A stretch of 49,564 nucleotides of DNA from a virus (IMGVR_UViG_3300046786_000524:1-49564), one strand, 5' to 3'; shown: positions 19,823 through 29,883, counted from the first letter of the stretch. Translations and numbers: made by a program. Notes: a model not told the origin generated them from the sequence alone.

Positions 19823-20467
19823 TCACCCGATCAACTCCTGCCGATTGCCACGCCCTTCACGATCGACCCGCCCGGCCCGCGCATTCGTCCACGTTCCTGA
19901 CGGCAGTCGTTGGGTGGGGCCGTCCATCGCATCTTTGCTGGCCGCTTTCTTCAGCAGCTCATCGGCCATTTTCCGCAGCGCCGCCTGCTTGGTTTCCGCC
20001 TGGTTAAGCCCAAGGCAGATCTCAGCGGCCATGTGCGCGGCAACGTAAAACTCGAATGACTTCGGCCACAGTGAAAGATCAGCGCCAAACTGCGAATCGT
20101 TCGAGACGTACTTGATGTACAGAGGATCTGTTTCGGTAAACCAATAACCTGCCTCATCCGAATAGCGTTCAATCGGGTGATCAAAGTATTCATCGGAGCA
20201 CAACGCGACAGTGCGCAGGCAATCGGACGGCTTCACAAACCCATACTGATACCCGAAATCCGGTTCAATCGACGGGTCAGAATCCAGCCTGATTGTGCGC
20301 GTCGCGAACTTCCATTGCTTTTGCTCAAGGCAAAAATCGACAACGCCGTTATCCCACAGATGATCCAGCAGCCGACGCGGTAAACGGTTTTCGCTCAATG
20401 ATGCAAGGTTGCGTTCACCGACAAGGAAAAGCGCGGAGTTGTAGAGTTTCAGGCGTGTCGTGCTCAT
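19823..20467 (-). CDS. tail tubular protein A / adaptor
   Basis: 214 aa; NSALFLVGE, WKFAT, Y…PSDCLR motifs; synteny. Confidence 0.8.
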   Translation of the reverse strand: MSTTRLKLYNSALFLVGERNLASLSENRLPRRLLDHLWDNGVVDFCLEQKQWKFATRTIRLDSDPSIEPDFGYQYGFVKPSDCLRTVALCSDEYFDHPIERYSDEAGYWFTETDPLYIKYVSNDSQFGADLSLWPKSFEFYVAAHMAAEICLGLNQAETKQAALRKMADELLKKAASKDAMDGPTQRLPSGTWTNARAGRVDREGRGNRQELIG

Positions 20468-20481
20468 TGGCTATCTCGCTA

Positions 20482-20922
20482 TCAGGCAGCGCGTGGCTTG
20501 TGGGCTTTGACGTAATCGCTCAACTCACGATAGGCCTGTTCTTTGGTGTCAATGTCTTCAATGACGGGCTGACCATCAGCGTTGCGAATCACGCAGAATT
20601 TGCGTGGCCCGCGGAATTTCACGGAATACTCAGGATCATCACCGCTTTCGGTAGCGCCCACTTTTAACGTGAGATCCACAACGCGCAACGGAACAACTAC
20701 CGCTGCCGTGCGATTGGATGACACAACAATCAATTCAGCAAAGAAGGCGCCATCAAGGGGCATCACTTCAATGCGTGATCCTGGCTGAAGCTGTTCAGCA
20801 ATGTTTGCCCAATACGCAGGCGCAAGAATGTCCTCAACAACCGTGCCTTCTTCAGGTCTAGCGGAGAACGTTTTGAATACAAATTGGGCCTCTTTGAATT
20901 GGCCGCTGCGAATCTTTTTCAT
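20482..20922 (-). CDS. hypothetical virion-region protein
   Basis: 146-aa ORF with GAGG RBS, in the operon. Confidence 0.65.
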   Translation of the reverse strand: MKKIRSGQFKEAQFVFKTFSARPEEGTVVEDILAPAYWANIAEQLQPGSRIEVMPLDGAFFAELIVVSSNRTAAVVVPLRVVDLTLKVGATESGDDPEYSVKFRGPRKFCVIRNADGQPVIEDIDTKEQAYRELSDYVKAHKPRAA

Positions 20923-20933
20923 GCGAATTCCTC

Positions 20934-20962
20934 AAAAAAAACGAGGCGCCAAAGCGCCCCGT
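20934..20962 (-). terminator. rho-independent terminator
   Basis: ACGGGGCGC-TTTG-GCGCCTCGT followed by a T run on the minus strand. Confidence 0.6.
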
Positions 20963-20986
20963 CTTTCCGTGTTTTGAGAGGTTGGA

Positions 20987-21253
20987 TTAGGCCAGGATGG
21001 CAGCAGCGATTGTGGCGGCGCCGTTGGTCGTAACCGTTTGGACGTAGTGAATGGTCGTGCCGATCGTGGCGCTTGACTTGCTGACAAGCACGATGTCACC
21101 CACTTTCATGCCGAGGTCATAGCCGTCGCTGAAATAATCAGAGGCGTCAACATCGGTGTGAACATCGGTCGAGGTGTAGGCCCAGAGAGCCACACCGTCG
21201 GTGCCCATGCGCGGCAGAAGGCATTTCGGCGGATTGGTAGTTGCGTAAGACAT
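20987..21253 (-). CDS. putative capsid decoration/cement protein
   Basis: Start MSYATTNPPK at 21253 with AAGGAG RBS; small beta-rich protein after the capsid gene. Confidence 0.55.
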   Translation of the reverse strand: MSYATTNPPKCLLPRMGTDGVALWAYTSTDVHTDVDASDYFSDGYDLGMKVGDIVLVSKSSATIGTTIHYVQTVTTNGAATIAAAILA

Positions 21254-21290
21254 TTGGTGTCTCCTTGAGAAAAATAATTTGAAAACCGAC

Positions 21291-21318
21291 AAACAGAAAG
21301 CCCGGCATCACACCGGGC
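21291..21318 (-). terminator. terminator after the major capsid gene
   Basis: GCCCGG-TGTGATG-CCGGGC followed by TTTCTGTTT. Confidence 0.55.
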
Positions 21319-21326
21319 AATCATGA

Positions 21327-22166
21327 TCAGCTTGCGACGTAACGGCTGCCGTCGTGGTTGATGACAACAACGCCAGAGTTCTGGAGAAGCTTCGAGCCCA
21401 TGAACACGCTGGTGCGTGCCCAGTAGTACGAATCCTCTTCGTTGTACCCAGCGCCAATGTCGGCACCTTCCATATCGGCAGCGTGACCGATGGCATTACG
21501 GTGGAACATGAAGCACTTCTCAGCAGAAGTTGCCACGCCTGGCACTTTACTGTGAGTGATCCAGTTGATGCCCATTGCACGCCATACCTTGCGGATGGGG
21601 CCGTTGAGCAGCTTCATTTCAACGTATTCGCCTGACGTGTACTCTTTGATCTGCAGCATGAATGCGCGCAGCGCGGGAGAGATAACGCAAAACATGTTGT
21701 CTTCTTCTTCAAGATCAACGTCGTTGTTACCAAGGATGGTCACCGCTTTCATGATCAGCGAGTGCGAACCTTCGACAGCGTTGCCGGTGTCGTTGGTTGC
21801 AGTGTTCAGCTGCGTCAGGATTGACTGATCGATCTTGCGGTTGATGACCTTGATGCTGCCATCTTGCATGATGCGACGTGCGTCACCCTGAGAAGCGAAA
21901 GCGTTGAACTTGGTTTTGCGCACCTTGTCATGCCATTCCACCAAAGTTGCAGTGGATTGGGTCAGGTTGTCGGAGCGCGTAGCGATCATGCCGTTGATGC
22001 CGCGGGTTACCGGTTCGGCGTCATTGGTGTCAGCCACCAGAAACACCGCTTCGTTGCCCTGGCGGACGTGTTCGGTCACGCAGCAGCCACGCAGCAACGC
22101 CTGGGATTGCTCAAAGCCGGCAATGTATTCCTGCCGGTACTGTTTTTGAAATGCTGAATCGCCCAT
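21327..22166 (-). CDS. major capsid protein
   Basis: 279 aa after the scaffold; FQKQYRQE…, INRKID, CFMFHRNAIGHA, GSKLLQNSGVV resemble BPP-1-like capsids. Confidence 0.85.
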   Translation of the reverse strand: MGDSAFQKQYRQEYIAGFEQSQALLRGCCVTEHVRQGNEAVFLVADTNDAEPVTRGINGMIATRSDNLTQSTATLVEWHDKVRKTKFNAFASQGDARRIMQDGSIKVINRKIDQSILTQLNTATNDTGNAVEGSHSLIMKAVTILGNNDVDLEEEDNMFCVISPALRAFMLQIKEYTSGEYVEMKLLNGPIRKVWRAMGINWITHSKVPGVATSAEKCFMFHRNAIGHAADMEGADIGAGYNEEDSYYWARTSVFMGSKLLQNSGVVVINHDGSRYVAS

Positions 22167-22331
22167 GGGATTTACTCCATCAAATTAACGTTTTTTGGTT
22201 AGTTGCACGCATCAGATGGGTTGTCCCTTTTCAGGCAAAAGCAGGTTGCCCACGCGAAGCGCAGGGCTGCATGACAAGTGAAGGGGGCCGTCGGTATTGC
22301 GTTGGTGTTGCAGTGGTTTAAGCGACTTTCG

Positions 22332-23309
22332 TCACTTCATGCGGTCACGCGCAGAAAGCAGATCGCCGTAGCGTTTCTGTTTTGCTGCGTCTTTGAAGTA
22401 GCCAGCGCGGTCGGTGCGCATTTGGTTTTCAATTGCTTTGATTTCGTCATCGATCGCAGACAGCGAGTTTTGAGTGCCGGCAGGGACGAGCGTTGCAGCT
22501 GGATTCAATTCGCGGGCAAGCGATGCAAAAGCCATGTTCAGCTGGGGATGATTGCCAAACAGCGTGCCGTCGGGCAGTCGCGCGTTGAATATGTCGTTTG
22601 CCAGTTCATCGCCAAACGCCTGAATCGCGAAGTTCTTGACGGCGTTCTGATTCATTCTGAATTCGCCGCCCCATTCTTTGCGCAGCTGATCTTCAGCGTC
22701 ACGGGCAAAGCGCGCGTCTTCTTCAGCGATCAGCTGCTGATTGTGTTCACGCACGCCGTCATAGGCCTTGATGATTTCCTGAACGTACTGCTTTGGAATG
22801 TTCGACTTCGCGGCATGTTCAAGGATGGCGTCAATCCCTTCGCGATCTTCTTCGCCAATCACCAGGCCTTGCATATCGGCAAGATAATCGCCCGGTTTTT
22901 CTGGTACGCCGTTCTCAGCTTTCCATGCTGCGATGTCTTCGGGGCTGGCATCTTTGCCGAGAGCCCGCTTGTATTCGCCGGATGAAATTTTCTTTTCTGC
23001 GTTGAGCGCAAACTTCAGGATGTCAGCCGGAGAACTGAAACGATCCAGTCGCTTCATCAGCTTTTCATCGGTGCCGGCGCCGATACCTTCGGCCATTTGC
23101 TGGCGCCAGTTGTCGGCCCAGTTCTGGGGTTGTGGTTGCGCTGCAGGATCCGCCGACGGTGCGGCTGCCGGAGCAGGTGCGCCATTGTCAGCGGGTGGAG
23201 TGTTTTGGTTCAGCTCTTGAGTGCCAGGTTGCGGCGTAGCTGCTGCCGGTGCTGCGGGTTGCCCTTGCGGGGCCGCGTCAATCACGTCAGCTTGTGCTGC
23301 GGGATCCAT
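22332..23309 (-). CDS. capsid scaffolding protein
   Basis: Pro/Ala-rich N-terminus, GVPEKPGDY, LRKEWG; between portal and capsid. Confidence 0.75.
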   Translation of the reverse strand: MDPAAQADVIDAAPQGQPAAPAAATPQPGTQELNQNTPPADNGAPAPAAAPSADPAAQPQPQNWADNWRQQMAEGIGAGTDEKLMKRLDRFSSPADILKFALNAEKKISSGEYKRALGKDASPEDIAAWKAENGVPEKPGDYLADMQGLVIGEEDREGIDAILEHAAKSNIPKQYVQEIIKAYDGVREHNQQLIAEEDARFARDAEDQLRKEWGGEFRMNQNAVKNFAIQAFGDELANDIFNARLPDGTLFGNHPQLNMAFASLARELNPAATLVPAGTQNSLSAIDDEIKAIENQMRTDRAGYFKDAAKQKRYGDLLSARDRMK

Positions 23310-23345
23310 GGGTTGCCTCAGTTGTGTTGTGGGTTAATCGCGAGC

Positions 23346-23374
23346 AAAAAAAAGGCGCCACATGGGCGCCGTTT
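23346..23374 (-). terminator. rho-independent terminator
   Basis: GGCGCC-CATG-TGGCGCC followed by T8. Confidence 0.55.
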
Positions 23375-23390
23375 GCGTGAATTGTTTTGG

Positions 23391-23693
23391 TTACTTCTTG
23401 GCCTTTTCTTCTGCCAGTCTCAGTGCCATCAGATCCAGCGTGCAAAGCTTTTGGATCTGCTTGCCGACAAACAGCTTGCCGGCTGCAAAGTCGCAGGCCT
23501 GGTGATCGCCAGGGAAGAAAGGAAGATCCTTGTCACCACAGATATTGTTGACGATGTACAGAAGCGCGGCCTTTTGCTGATCTGGCGTTGCGTTCCCGCA
23601 TGCAACAGCCTGCAGCGCAGCCACGTCTTTGTCGTCATATTCAGCCGGATACCACGGCTTAAAATCACGCGGCTTGATTTGCTGCTTGCGCAT
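23391..23693 (-). CDS. small conserved protein after the portal (Bbp19-like)
   Basis: 100 aa; FAAGKLFVG motif; synteny. Confidence 0.6.
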   Translation of the reverse strand: MRKQQIKPRDFKPWYPAEYDDKDVAALQAVACGNATPDQQKAALLYIVNNICGDKDLPFFPGDHQACDFAAGKLFVGKQIQKLCTLDLMALRLAEEKAKK

Positions 23694-25299
23694 TGTTTAC
23701 CGCCTGCCCTGCTTTGCCCATTGCTTCGATCGTTTGCGCGCCCTGTGCCGCCGCCATCATCGCCATTTGCGCCTGCTTGTCTTCTTCTTGCTGCGCCGTA
23801 ATTGCCGCCGCTTCTTTCTCGTCGCGGATCCAGTTGGATGGCGATCCGATAGCTGTCAGCACGTCACGGAACGCAGTACGAACGTCGAGATCAACGGCAA
23901 CGCCCGGATCCAGTTGCGCAGCCAATCCAACCAGGTTGACGGCTTCAGTGAATCGTTGCGCCTTCTCGCGCTCGATGGCTTCTTGTAGCGGAGACTCAAA
24001 CCGGAACTGGAATTCTTTGCCGATCAAAGAGCGCGGCATGTCTTGAATGGAACCAAACGCCCCGTTGCGAATAAGCAGGTCAAACGTCGCATCACAAAGC
24101 GCGCCGTTATATTCGGACTCCATTGGCTCGAACAGTGGCAAGGCCTGACGAATGTATTCCTGAATCCGCTGGCTTACCTCGAATGCTGTCATGTCGCCTT
24201 GTGGCGGCAGGTTCAGCTTGTTCAGATAGAAGGCGTCAGCAATCATGCGCCGCGTGTCGTCGCGCATTTCCATGCCAAGCGGGATCCCTGACCGATCAGA
24301 CGTCAGCGGTCGCAGCACTTCGCCAAGGCGTTCGTCATAGGCCTGATCGACCCACGTCACGCCGCCCGCAAAGATGTTGATGTCAGAACGCACCGCTTCT
24401 TGCACTGCAATCATCGGCGGATCAACCGCTTTCTCACCGGCTTCCAGCAGTACGCGGGTCATGGCCTGGATCAGTCGGGCATCAGGCAAGGCGCAGATGG
24501 TGGCAGGTGAAAACGCGTACTGAGAGCCAGACACCGTTTGCCAGCGCGGCACGACATAGCTGAACTGATGAACCGCGACCTCTTCAAGCACCGTCTGGTT
24601 TTCGATGTCGAGATAAATCGACACCCACGGCGCCCGCCAGGCTTTGCCGTCTTGGTACTGATCAGCCGGCACAACAATGTGCATGCACTCGATTTCGCAG
24701 TATGGAGACTTCGCAAGCTTATCGGTCACTTTCTTCGCAACCGTCTTCGGGAACAATGACGCCAGCACCGTCGCCGTAGGCTTCCACTTGCGGTAGATCG
24801 TATTGATCGACCCGTCAGCACCTTCGGCCCAGGCGCAATCACGTAGGTGCCAGTTGCGATACAGTACGCCGTCGCGGTTTCTATTCAGTTCGACGCTGAT
24901 CGCGCACTGACCGAACGCCGCAAAGTCGTGGTCACCTTCTTTGGTGGCGCGCACAAACTGACTGTGACGGTCATACATGATCTTGCGCTGACGCTCAGAC
25001 GCTTGTTCAAGCCAGCGCTTTTCTGCCGTGTTCGCGCCATCCAGCGCAAGCTTTGCCCAGACTTTGTTTTTGGGGCGCAGCATGCCGGAAAACGCAGAGC
25101 CAAGTTCGCGACGGGCAAGCACCGGATAGGACGTCATCAGGTTGTCAGCGAAGTTGTCGCCAAGCGCACCGTCAGCCGTGAACGTCGCGCGCTCAGGGTA
25201 GAAGTGCATTGCGATCTCTTGCTGCAGCGCATTGAAGCCCCGCTTTTTTTCAAACAGGTAATTGCCCTGCTGAATGAGTTGCTTTGCCCGTTCGTCCAT
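23665..25299 (-). CDS. portal / head-tail connector
   Basis: 544 aa; AAFGQ, VPRWQTVSGSQYAFSP, MTAFEV, FESPL motifs of podovirus portals. Confidence 0.9.
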   Translation of the reverse strand: MDERAKQLIQQGNYLFEKKRGFNALQQEIAMHFYPERATFTADGALGDNFADNLMTSYPVLARRELGSAFSGMLRPKNKVWAKLALDGANTAEKRWLEQASERQRKIMYDRHSQFVRATKEGDHDFAAFGQCAISVELNRNRDGVLYRNWHLRDCAWAEGADGSINTIYRKWKPTATVLASLFPKTVAKKVTDKLAKSPYCEIECMHIVVPADQYQDGKAWRAPWVSIYLDIENQTVLEEVAVHQFSYVVPRWQTVSGSQYAFSPATICALPDARLIQAMTRVLLEAGEKAVDPPMIAVQEAVRSDINIFAGGVTWVDQAYDERLGEVLRPLTSDRSGIPLGMEMRDDTRRMIADAFYLNKLNLPPQGDMTAFEVSQRIQEYIRQALPLFEPMESEYNGALCDATFDLLIRNGAFGSIQDMPRSLIGKEFQFRFESPLQEAIEREKAQRFTEAVNLVGLAAQLDPGVAVDLDVRTAFRDVLTAIGSPSNWIRDEKEAAAITAQQEEDKQAQMAMMAAAQGAQTIEAMGKAGQAVNNAQAANQAA

Positions 25300-25302
25300 C
25301 GC

Positions 25303-25629
25303 TTACCCGCCCAGGCCTTGGCCGTTGTTGCCGCCGCTCATGATTGTCGACGCACGGCCACCGCGAGAAGTAGCACCAGCCCGGCGACGCGCGCGCTGAA
25401 GCTCAAGTTCGTCAGGCATAGGCATCGCCTTATTCGCGGCCTCTTGTGCTGCAGTCAATCGGTCAAGCGCTGTCGTGTCAGGCGCCATCAGCATCGACAT
25501 GTCTTCAGCTGTACCCTTGAGAATCTTTTTTTGCGCGTTCAAATTCCAAGGATTAAGCGCAGCCTGACCAATGCGTGCCAACCGCTTCGGATTCACCGCG
25601 TTTTTGATTGATTTACCTAAACCGCTCAT
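25303..25629 (-). CDS. small virion protein between terminase and portal
   Basis: ATG 25629 overlaps the terL TAA; C-terminal RGGRASTIMSG…LGG is typical. Confidence 0.65.
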   Translation of the reverse strand: MSGLGKSIKNAVNPKRLARIGQAALNPWNLNAQKKILKGTAEDMSMLMAPDTTALDRLTAAQEAANKAMPMPDELELQRARRRAGATSRGGRASTIMSGGNNGQGLGG

Positions 25630-28322
25630 TATCTTCGTCTCCTGGCGTTCGCATGCCCTACGTTGACAGATGGACGATTTCCACCCTGCCACTGCTTGTA
25701 ATGTGTCGCCATGCGCGCGCCTTCGGTGTAGCACATGACAACCGCGTCACCACGGTCGGGTGAACGCCCTATTCGCTTTGCGACTTCTTCTTTCGGTTCG
25801 GCATGTATGACGTTTTTCCTGACCTCATAGTGCACTGCCGTCAGATCCGACAACAGCACCTGGTCAGGAGGTAGCGCAATTTGTGAGCCGCCCAATTGCG
25901 ACGGATCAAGCGCTTCACGAAACCGCCACAGGCATTCCGTTCTCTTGTTCGCGAATGTCAGTGTCCCGTCTTTTGTGCGAGCGCTTGAACCGGTCGCCCC
26001 TTTGTATGCAACCACCGGGTCATTGTTATCGTGAAAATGCTTGTATGCAGAGCCGCCGTAACCACCACCGCAGTCAATGATGATCAGTGCACCGTCCCGG
26101 CGATGCTTGACGATCTCGCCGCTGATATCTTTGCCGAGTGGCGTCTGAGATCCCGGAATAATTTGCAGCTCAGAAAACCAGCTGTCATACCTGGCCGCGA
26201 TAACGTTGTTGTCGGCCCCGCCTTGTGCGACATCTGCAGCGATCGCGCACATGGGGATACCAGCCGGCGGCATTGGCTTCCAGCGCGCTTGCGCCTCGAT
26301 GACCCATTGGGTAGGGATCAGCTGCCACGGGTGATCTTTCAAGCCAGCATCAAACCGGCCGTCGCGATACGCTTCGCGTAATTCCTTCGGCAGTGCGTCA
26401 AGAACACGTTCGTATTGACCATCTGCCGATAGATCTGGATTGTCAGAAAGCTTTGCTGGGATGAACGTGCGCGACTTCGCGTAGACGTCTTTGCCGCCTA
26501 TCTGGTGCGGCCCTGGCCCGTCAACCTCGATGTCAGCGCCGTCTTCGTCCGAGAGGAACCAGCGCAGTTCACCAGGCTTGGCAGGATTGTGATGCTTTGG
26601 ATCCAGCCACGGCGCCCAGCGTTTGATAACCCAAAGGCCTTCAGCCGACGTTGGCGGGTTACCGGTGCACACAACGCGGCAACGCTGGCCTTGAGTCGCT
26701 GACCGGTTCCAGATCGTGATAAACACGTATTGCGATTCAAGGAAGTCTGTAACCTCATCGAACACGATCAGGTCATGCGGGTCGCCCTTGTAGCGCTGCT
26801 TGTCCTGTTCCATTTCGCAGCCGCCGAACGTGATGTGTCGACGGTCATCGCGATAGACCAGATCAGAACCGTTCCACCCGTCACGATCGCCGTCGCGTAT
26901 CTTGCCGATGAATTCAGCGTCAGCCAGTTTTTTGGCGTCTTTGTTGTAGCGACGCAGGATCAGTGTGCGCTCATGCGATTCATAAGCAAGGCCACAGCCA
27001 AGGGCACTGTTGTGCGTTGTGATGAATGTCTCACCGACGCAATACAGGCCACCGACAACCGTGATGCAGTTCATCGGTACCGGTGCGCATGGCCGCACGC
27101 CAACAATGTAACGACGCTTGCACGTTGCACGCTCAGGGCTGCATTGGCGCTTCAGTTTCCGCGTCAGCTTGAAGGCGTCAAAGTCGGCAATGAACTTCAT
27201 GCGGAAATGATCAGCATGCTTTTCGCTTGCCATCGGCTTTTGCCGAATGGAGCACTTGATTCCCAGAGAGTTGATCAGGTGCAGCGCATCATGCGCGAGT
27301 GCCTTGTTGCTCAGCCCAAGCTCAATCTGACCGCGTTCGTCACATGTGCCATCTGTATCAAGAAGCCCACGCAGCAGCTCGCGACGCTGTTCAATGCTTG
27401 CCCGCAAATATTCAGGCGGAATCCTCTTTGTGCGAGGCCTTGCATCTAGTTCGGTAAATCGCCGAATCTGAACTTCCTGCTTGCGCCCTTTGTCTTTACC
27501 TTCAACGATAATTCCTGCCGCTGCAGGAAGATGCTTTTCGATATCGGCCCAATCCGCCGACATCATGATCAATTTGCCGGCCCTGGTATATCCGTCTCCA
27601 AGCCACAGCCCCAGCAGATATGGATCAATCGGCAGGGCCGCATGCGGGTGATCGATAGCCTTGATGACCTCGATCGAGTGGTTGAGCCTGCCGCCGCGAA
27701 CCGTCAGCGTTTCAAGAATGTCGCGCGTTGTTCTTATCGATCCAGCTGGAACCGCAATGTCATGCTGCCGCGCCTTGTTGATCGCTATGATCGATGACGA
27801 TACCCACGGCTTCTTGCTGGCTTGCTTTGCCCTGCTTGGTCTTGCTGCCTTGCGTTTTTCCCGCCACTCGGGGGATGAACGCAAAAGCCTGTCACGCTCC
27901 CGGTAATCCCATGTCAACCAGCGATGCCTGGCGTCAGCAACGACAATCTCACCAGTGCTGAACTCAACCTCATAAGCGTCTGGCTTATGTTCTGTCGGAT
28001 GCCGCCAGATAACCAGTACCGGCGCGCCTTCTGGCCCGTAGACGTAATCACCAGGCTTCAGGTCGCCATGCCGCTTGAAGCCGGTCGGGTCCGTTGAGAG
28101 CGGCACCGGAACCGGAGTGTTTTCGTCCAGAAGTTTCCCGCCGCCTGCCTGGCCGCCGTAAAACAGTTCGTCAGCCTCAGAAAACCAAGCGTCCGTTTGC
28201 GGCCCAGGGTTCGGCACAAACGTTGCCCCTGCCGTCGCCGTCATCGCTGTTTCGACGATCTCCTTTTGCACATCAGCTGGCAATGCAGCCAGCCGATTCA
28301 GGATGTCATCAAGTGGATTCAT
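25629..28322 (-). CDS. terL: terminase large subunit containing an intein
   Basis: Walker A GGQAGGGK|S split by the intein; Walker B IVFDE; CTGNPP; nuclease motifs ADVAQGGAD and SPDRGDA. Confidence 0.92.
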   Translation of the reverse strand: MNPLDDILNRLAALPADVQKEIVETAMTATAGATFVPNPGPQTDAWFSEADELFYGGQAGGGKLLDENTPVPVPLSTDPTGFKRHGDLKPGDYVYGPEGAPVLVIWRHPTEHKPDAYEVEFSTGEIVVADARHRWLTWDYRERDRLLRSSPEWREKRKAARPSRAKQASKKPWVSSSIIAINKARQHDIAVPAGSIRTTRDILETLTVRGGRLNHSIEVIKAIDHPHAALPIDPYLLGLWLGDGYTRAGKLIMMSADWADIEKHLPAAAGIIVEGKDKGRKQEVQIRRFTELDARPRTKRIPPEYLRASIEQRRELLRGLLDTDGTCDERGQIELGLSNKALAHDALHLINSLGIKCSIRQKPMASEKHADHFRMKFIADFDAFKLTRKLKRQCSPERATCKRRYIVGVRPCAPVPMNCITVVGGLYCVGETFITTHNSALGCGLAYESHERTLILRRYNKDAKKLADAEFIGKIRDGDRDGWNGSDLVYRDDRRHITFGGCEMEQDKQRYKGDPHDLIVFDEVTDFLESQYVFITIWNRSATQGQRCRVVCTGNPPTSAEGLWVIKRWAPWLDPKHHNPAKPGELRWFLSDEDGADIEVDGPGPHQIGGKDVYAKSRTFIPAKLSDNPDLSADGQYERVLDALPKELREAYRDGRFDAGLKDHPWQLIPTQWVIEAQARWKPMPPAGIPMCAIAADVAQGGADNNVIAARYDSWFSELQIIPGSQTPLGKDISGEIVKHRRDGALIIIDCGGGYGGSAYKHFHDNNDPVVAYKGATGSSARTKDGTLTFANKRTECLWRFREALDPSQLGGSQIALPPDQVLLSDLTAVHYEVRKNVIHAEPKEEVAKRIGRSPDRGDAVVMCYTEGARMATHYKQWQGGNRPSVNVGHANARRRR
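27009..28133 (-). mobile_element. class 3 intein with LAGLIDADG homing endonuclease (375 aa)
   Basis: Starts LLDENTPVP, ends ITTHN|S; block B HRW, block F MNCITV; LLGLWLGDG and LLRGLLDTDG motifs. Confidence 0.88.
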
Positions 28323-28924
28323 TCGGCCTTTTTGTTCACTGCTTGCGCCAGGTAGAACGCAATCCGGCGAGCTTTTTCAAAGTCGGTAACGTCAGCGCTT
28401 TCAATCGGCCCACCGTCTTTGCCGGTATGTTCGTGGCTGTTCGACTCTTTCAGCCCCAGCTCACGCGCGACAATCATCGCGTTCATTTGATCAGCTGCAG
28501 CGTGCTCGAATTTCTGCGACCAGATAACGTCCTCGATGGCATGCACGACGTCTGCAAAGTCGTCACGCTTACGGTACAGGTCAAAAGTATTGCGACCGAT
28601 ACCAATGAAAAGCGAGAGCCCGGATAACGTGAACGCCCGCGCCTTTGGTATGGCAGCGGTAATGATCTCACCCTGACTGCAAAACGTTTTTTGCTCAAGC
28701 AGCGGGTTGTCAGTCGCCCAGTCAAAGTATTTGCAGGCAGCATCCCACAGCGCATCAGGCGTTTCAAAGATAAGCGGCCGACAGTGGTGCGACTTGCGCA
28801 GCTGCCATATCCGATTACCCGGCTTGAATTGCGTGTCAGCCGGATCTTTTTTGCGCACAGTAGCAGCCGACGCTTTCTTTGCTGGCCTGCCTTTCTTTGC
28901 TGGGGTTTTCTTTTTTGCAGCCAT
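28319..28924 (-). CDS. terS: terminase small subunit (P22 gp3-like)
   Basis: FKPGN, TPDALWDAACKYFDW, FTLSGLSLFIG, HTGKDGGPI; directly upstream of terL; start may be GTG 28957. Confidence 0.8.
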   Translation of the reverse strand: MAAKKKTPAKKGRPAKKASAATVRKKDPADTQFKPGNRIWQLRKSHHCRPLIFETPDALWDAACKYFDWATDNPLLEQKTFCSQGEIITAAIPKARAFTLSGLSLFIGIGRNTFDLYRKRDDFADVVHAIEDVIWSQKFEHAAADQMNAMIVARELGLKESNSHEHTGKDGGPIESADVTDFEKARRIAFYLAQAVNKKAE

Positions 28925-28952
28925 AAAAAAAGGCCAGGTTTTACCCTGGCCT
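28925..28952 (-). terminator. terminator-like hairpin directly upstream of terS
   Basis: AGGCCAGG-GTAAAA-CCTGGCCT followed by a T run abutting the ATG at 28924. Confidence 0.4.
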
Positions 28953-28969
28953 ACCACCTGACATCTTGG

Positions 28970-29614
28970 TTACTTGTCGCCCAGATTCTGCCACAGGAAC
29001 GTAATCGTTCCAGTGAACGAACCGGTGCCGGCCGTATGAGTCACAGAATCATCGACAACCAGGTTGAGATACATATCAATTGCCGTGGCAGTGCCGTTCA
29101 ACCAGCGCGAACCGGATTCAGTCAGCGCCGTGGCAACAGATACGGCGTCGACGACGGCCACGCTTGCGGTCGCAGCGGCAACGTCCACTTCAGGCAGGAT
29201 GTTGGCTTCGGTGCCGGTCAGTGTGGCGCCGGTCGTTGCTGTCACTGTACCGAGTGCAATACCGCCCGCCCATGTCGTAGTGATTGTGCCCGTAGTGCCG
29301 AGGGTGACAGCACCGTCAATAACGGCGCCATCGACTTTGATCAGGCCTTCAGGGAAATCGTACACCTTCACGCCGCCGTACTGCGCAACGCCGGCATCAT
29401 CTGCGATGGTGATGGGGAGCGCCGTGCAGGTCAGAACGGTTTTGTTGTAGATCCCGTTGCCGTAATGGGTTGCAGTAATCGTCGCAGCACTTTCGGCGCC
29501 CATGCTTGCGTCGAGTTCGGTGATTTGGCGGCCTTGCAAAACAAGATCGCGATCTGCGTCAAGACCAATTTCTTTACCGTGAATCGCTGTCAGAATTTCT
29601 CGCTTAGTTGCCAT
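28970..29614 (-). CDS. putative virion structural protein
   Basis: 214-aa beta-rich, Thr/Ala/Gly-rich ORF with AAGGAG RBS. Confidence 0.6.
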   Translation of the reverse strand: MATKREILTAIHGKEIGLDADRDLVLQGRQITELDASMGAESAATITATHYGNGIYNKTVLTCTALPITIADDAGVAQYGGVKVYDFPEGLIKVDGAVIDGAVTLGTTGTITTTWAGGIALGTVTATTGATLTGTEANILPEVDVAAATASVAVVDAVSVATALTESGSRWLNGTATAIDMYLNLVVDDSVTHTAGTGSFTGTITFLWQNLGDK

Positions 29615-29879
29615 TTTTGGGCTCCTTGTCGCTGTTGAGTTTTATTTCAATTTCACCTTGGCCCAAAAGTTCGCCAAGCATATCTGCGATCAATTTCTTA
29701 GTTGTTGACTGATCGTAGAATTCTTCGAGAGTCGGCGGCGCGGCCTTCTTTTCAGACAGGTACTTTTCGCGCACTTCGGTCAATGTTTTTGGCTCGCCGT
29801 AGTTGTCACGAAACCACTTAACGGCGTAAGCATGCTGATGAAAATCCCAGCCCTCAATGCTGAACGTCTTGAGTTTCAT
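29604..29879 (-). CDS. hypothetical protein
   Basis: Start MKLKTF at 29879; overlaps the next gene. Confidence 0.55.
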   Translation of the reverse strand: MKLKTFSIEGWDFHQHAYAVKWFRDNYGEPKTLTEVREKYLSEKKAAPPTLEEFYDQSTTKKLIADMLGELLGQGEIEIKLNSDKEPKNGN

Positions 29880-29883
29880 GTGT

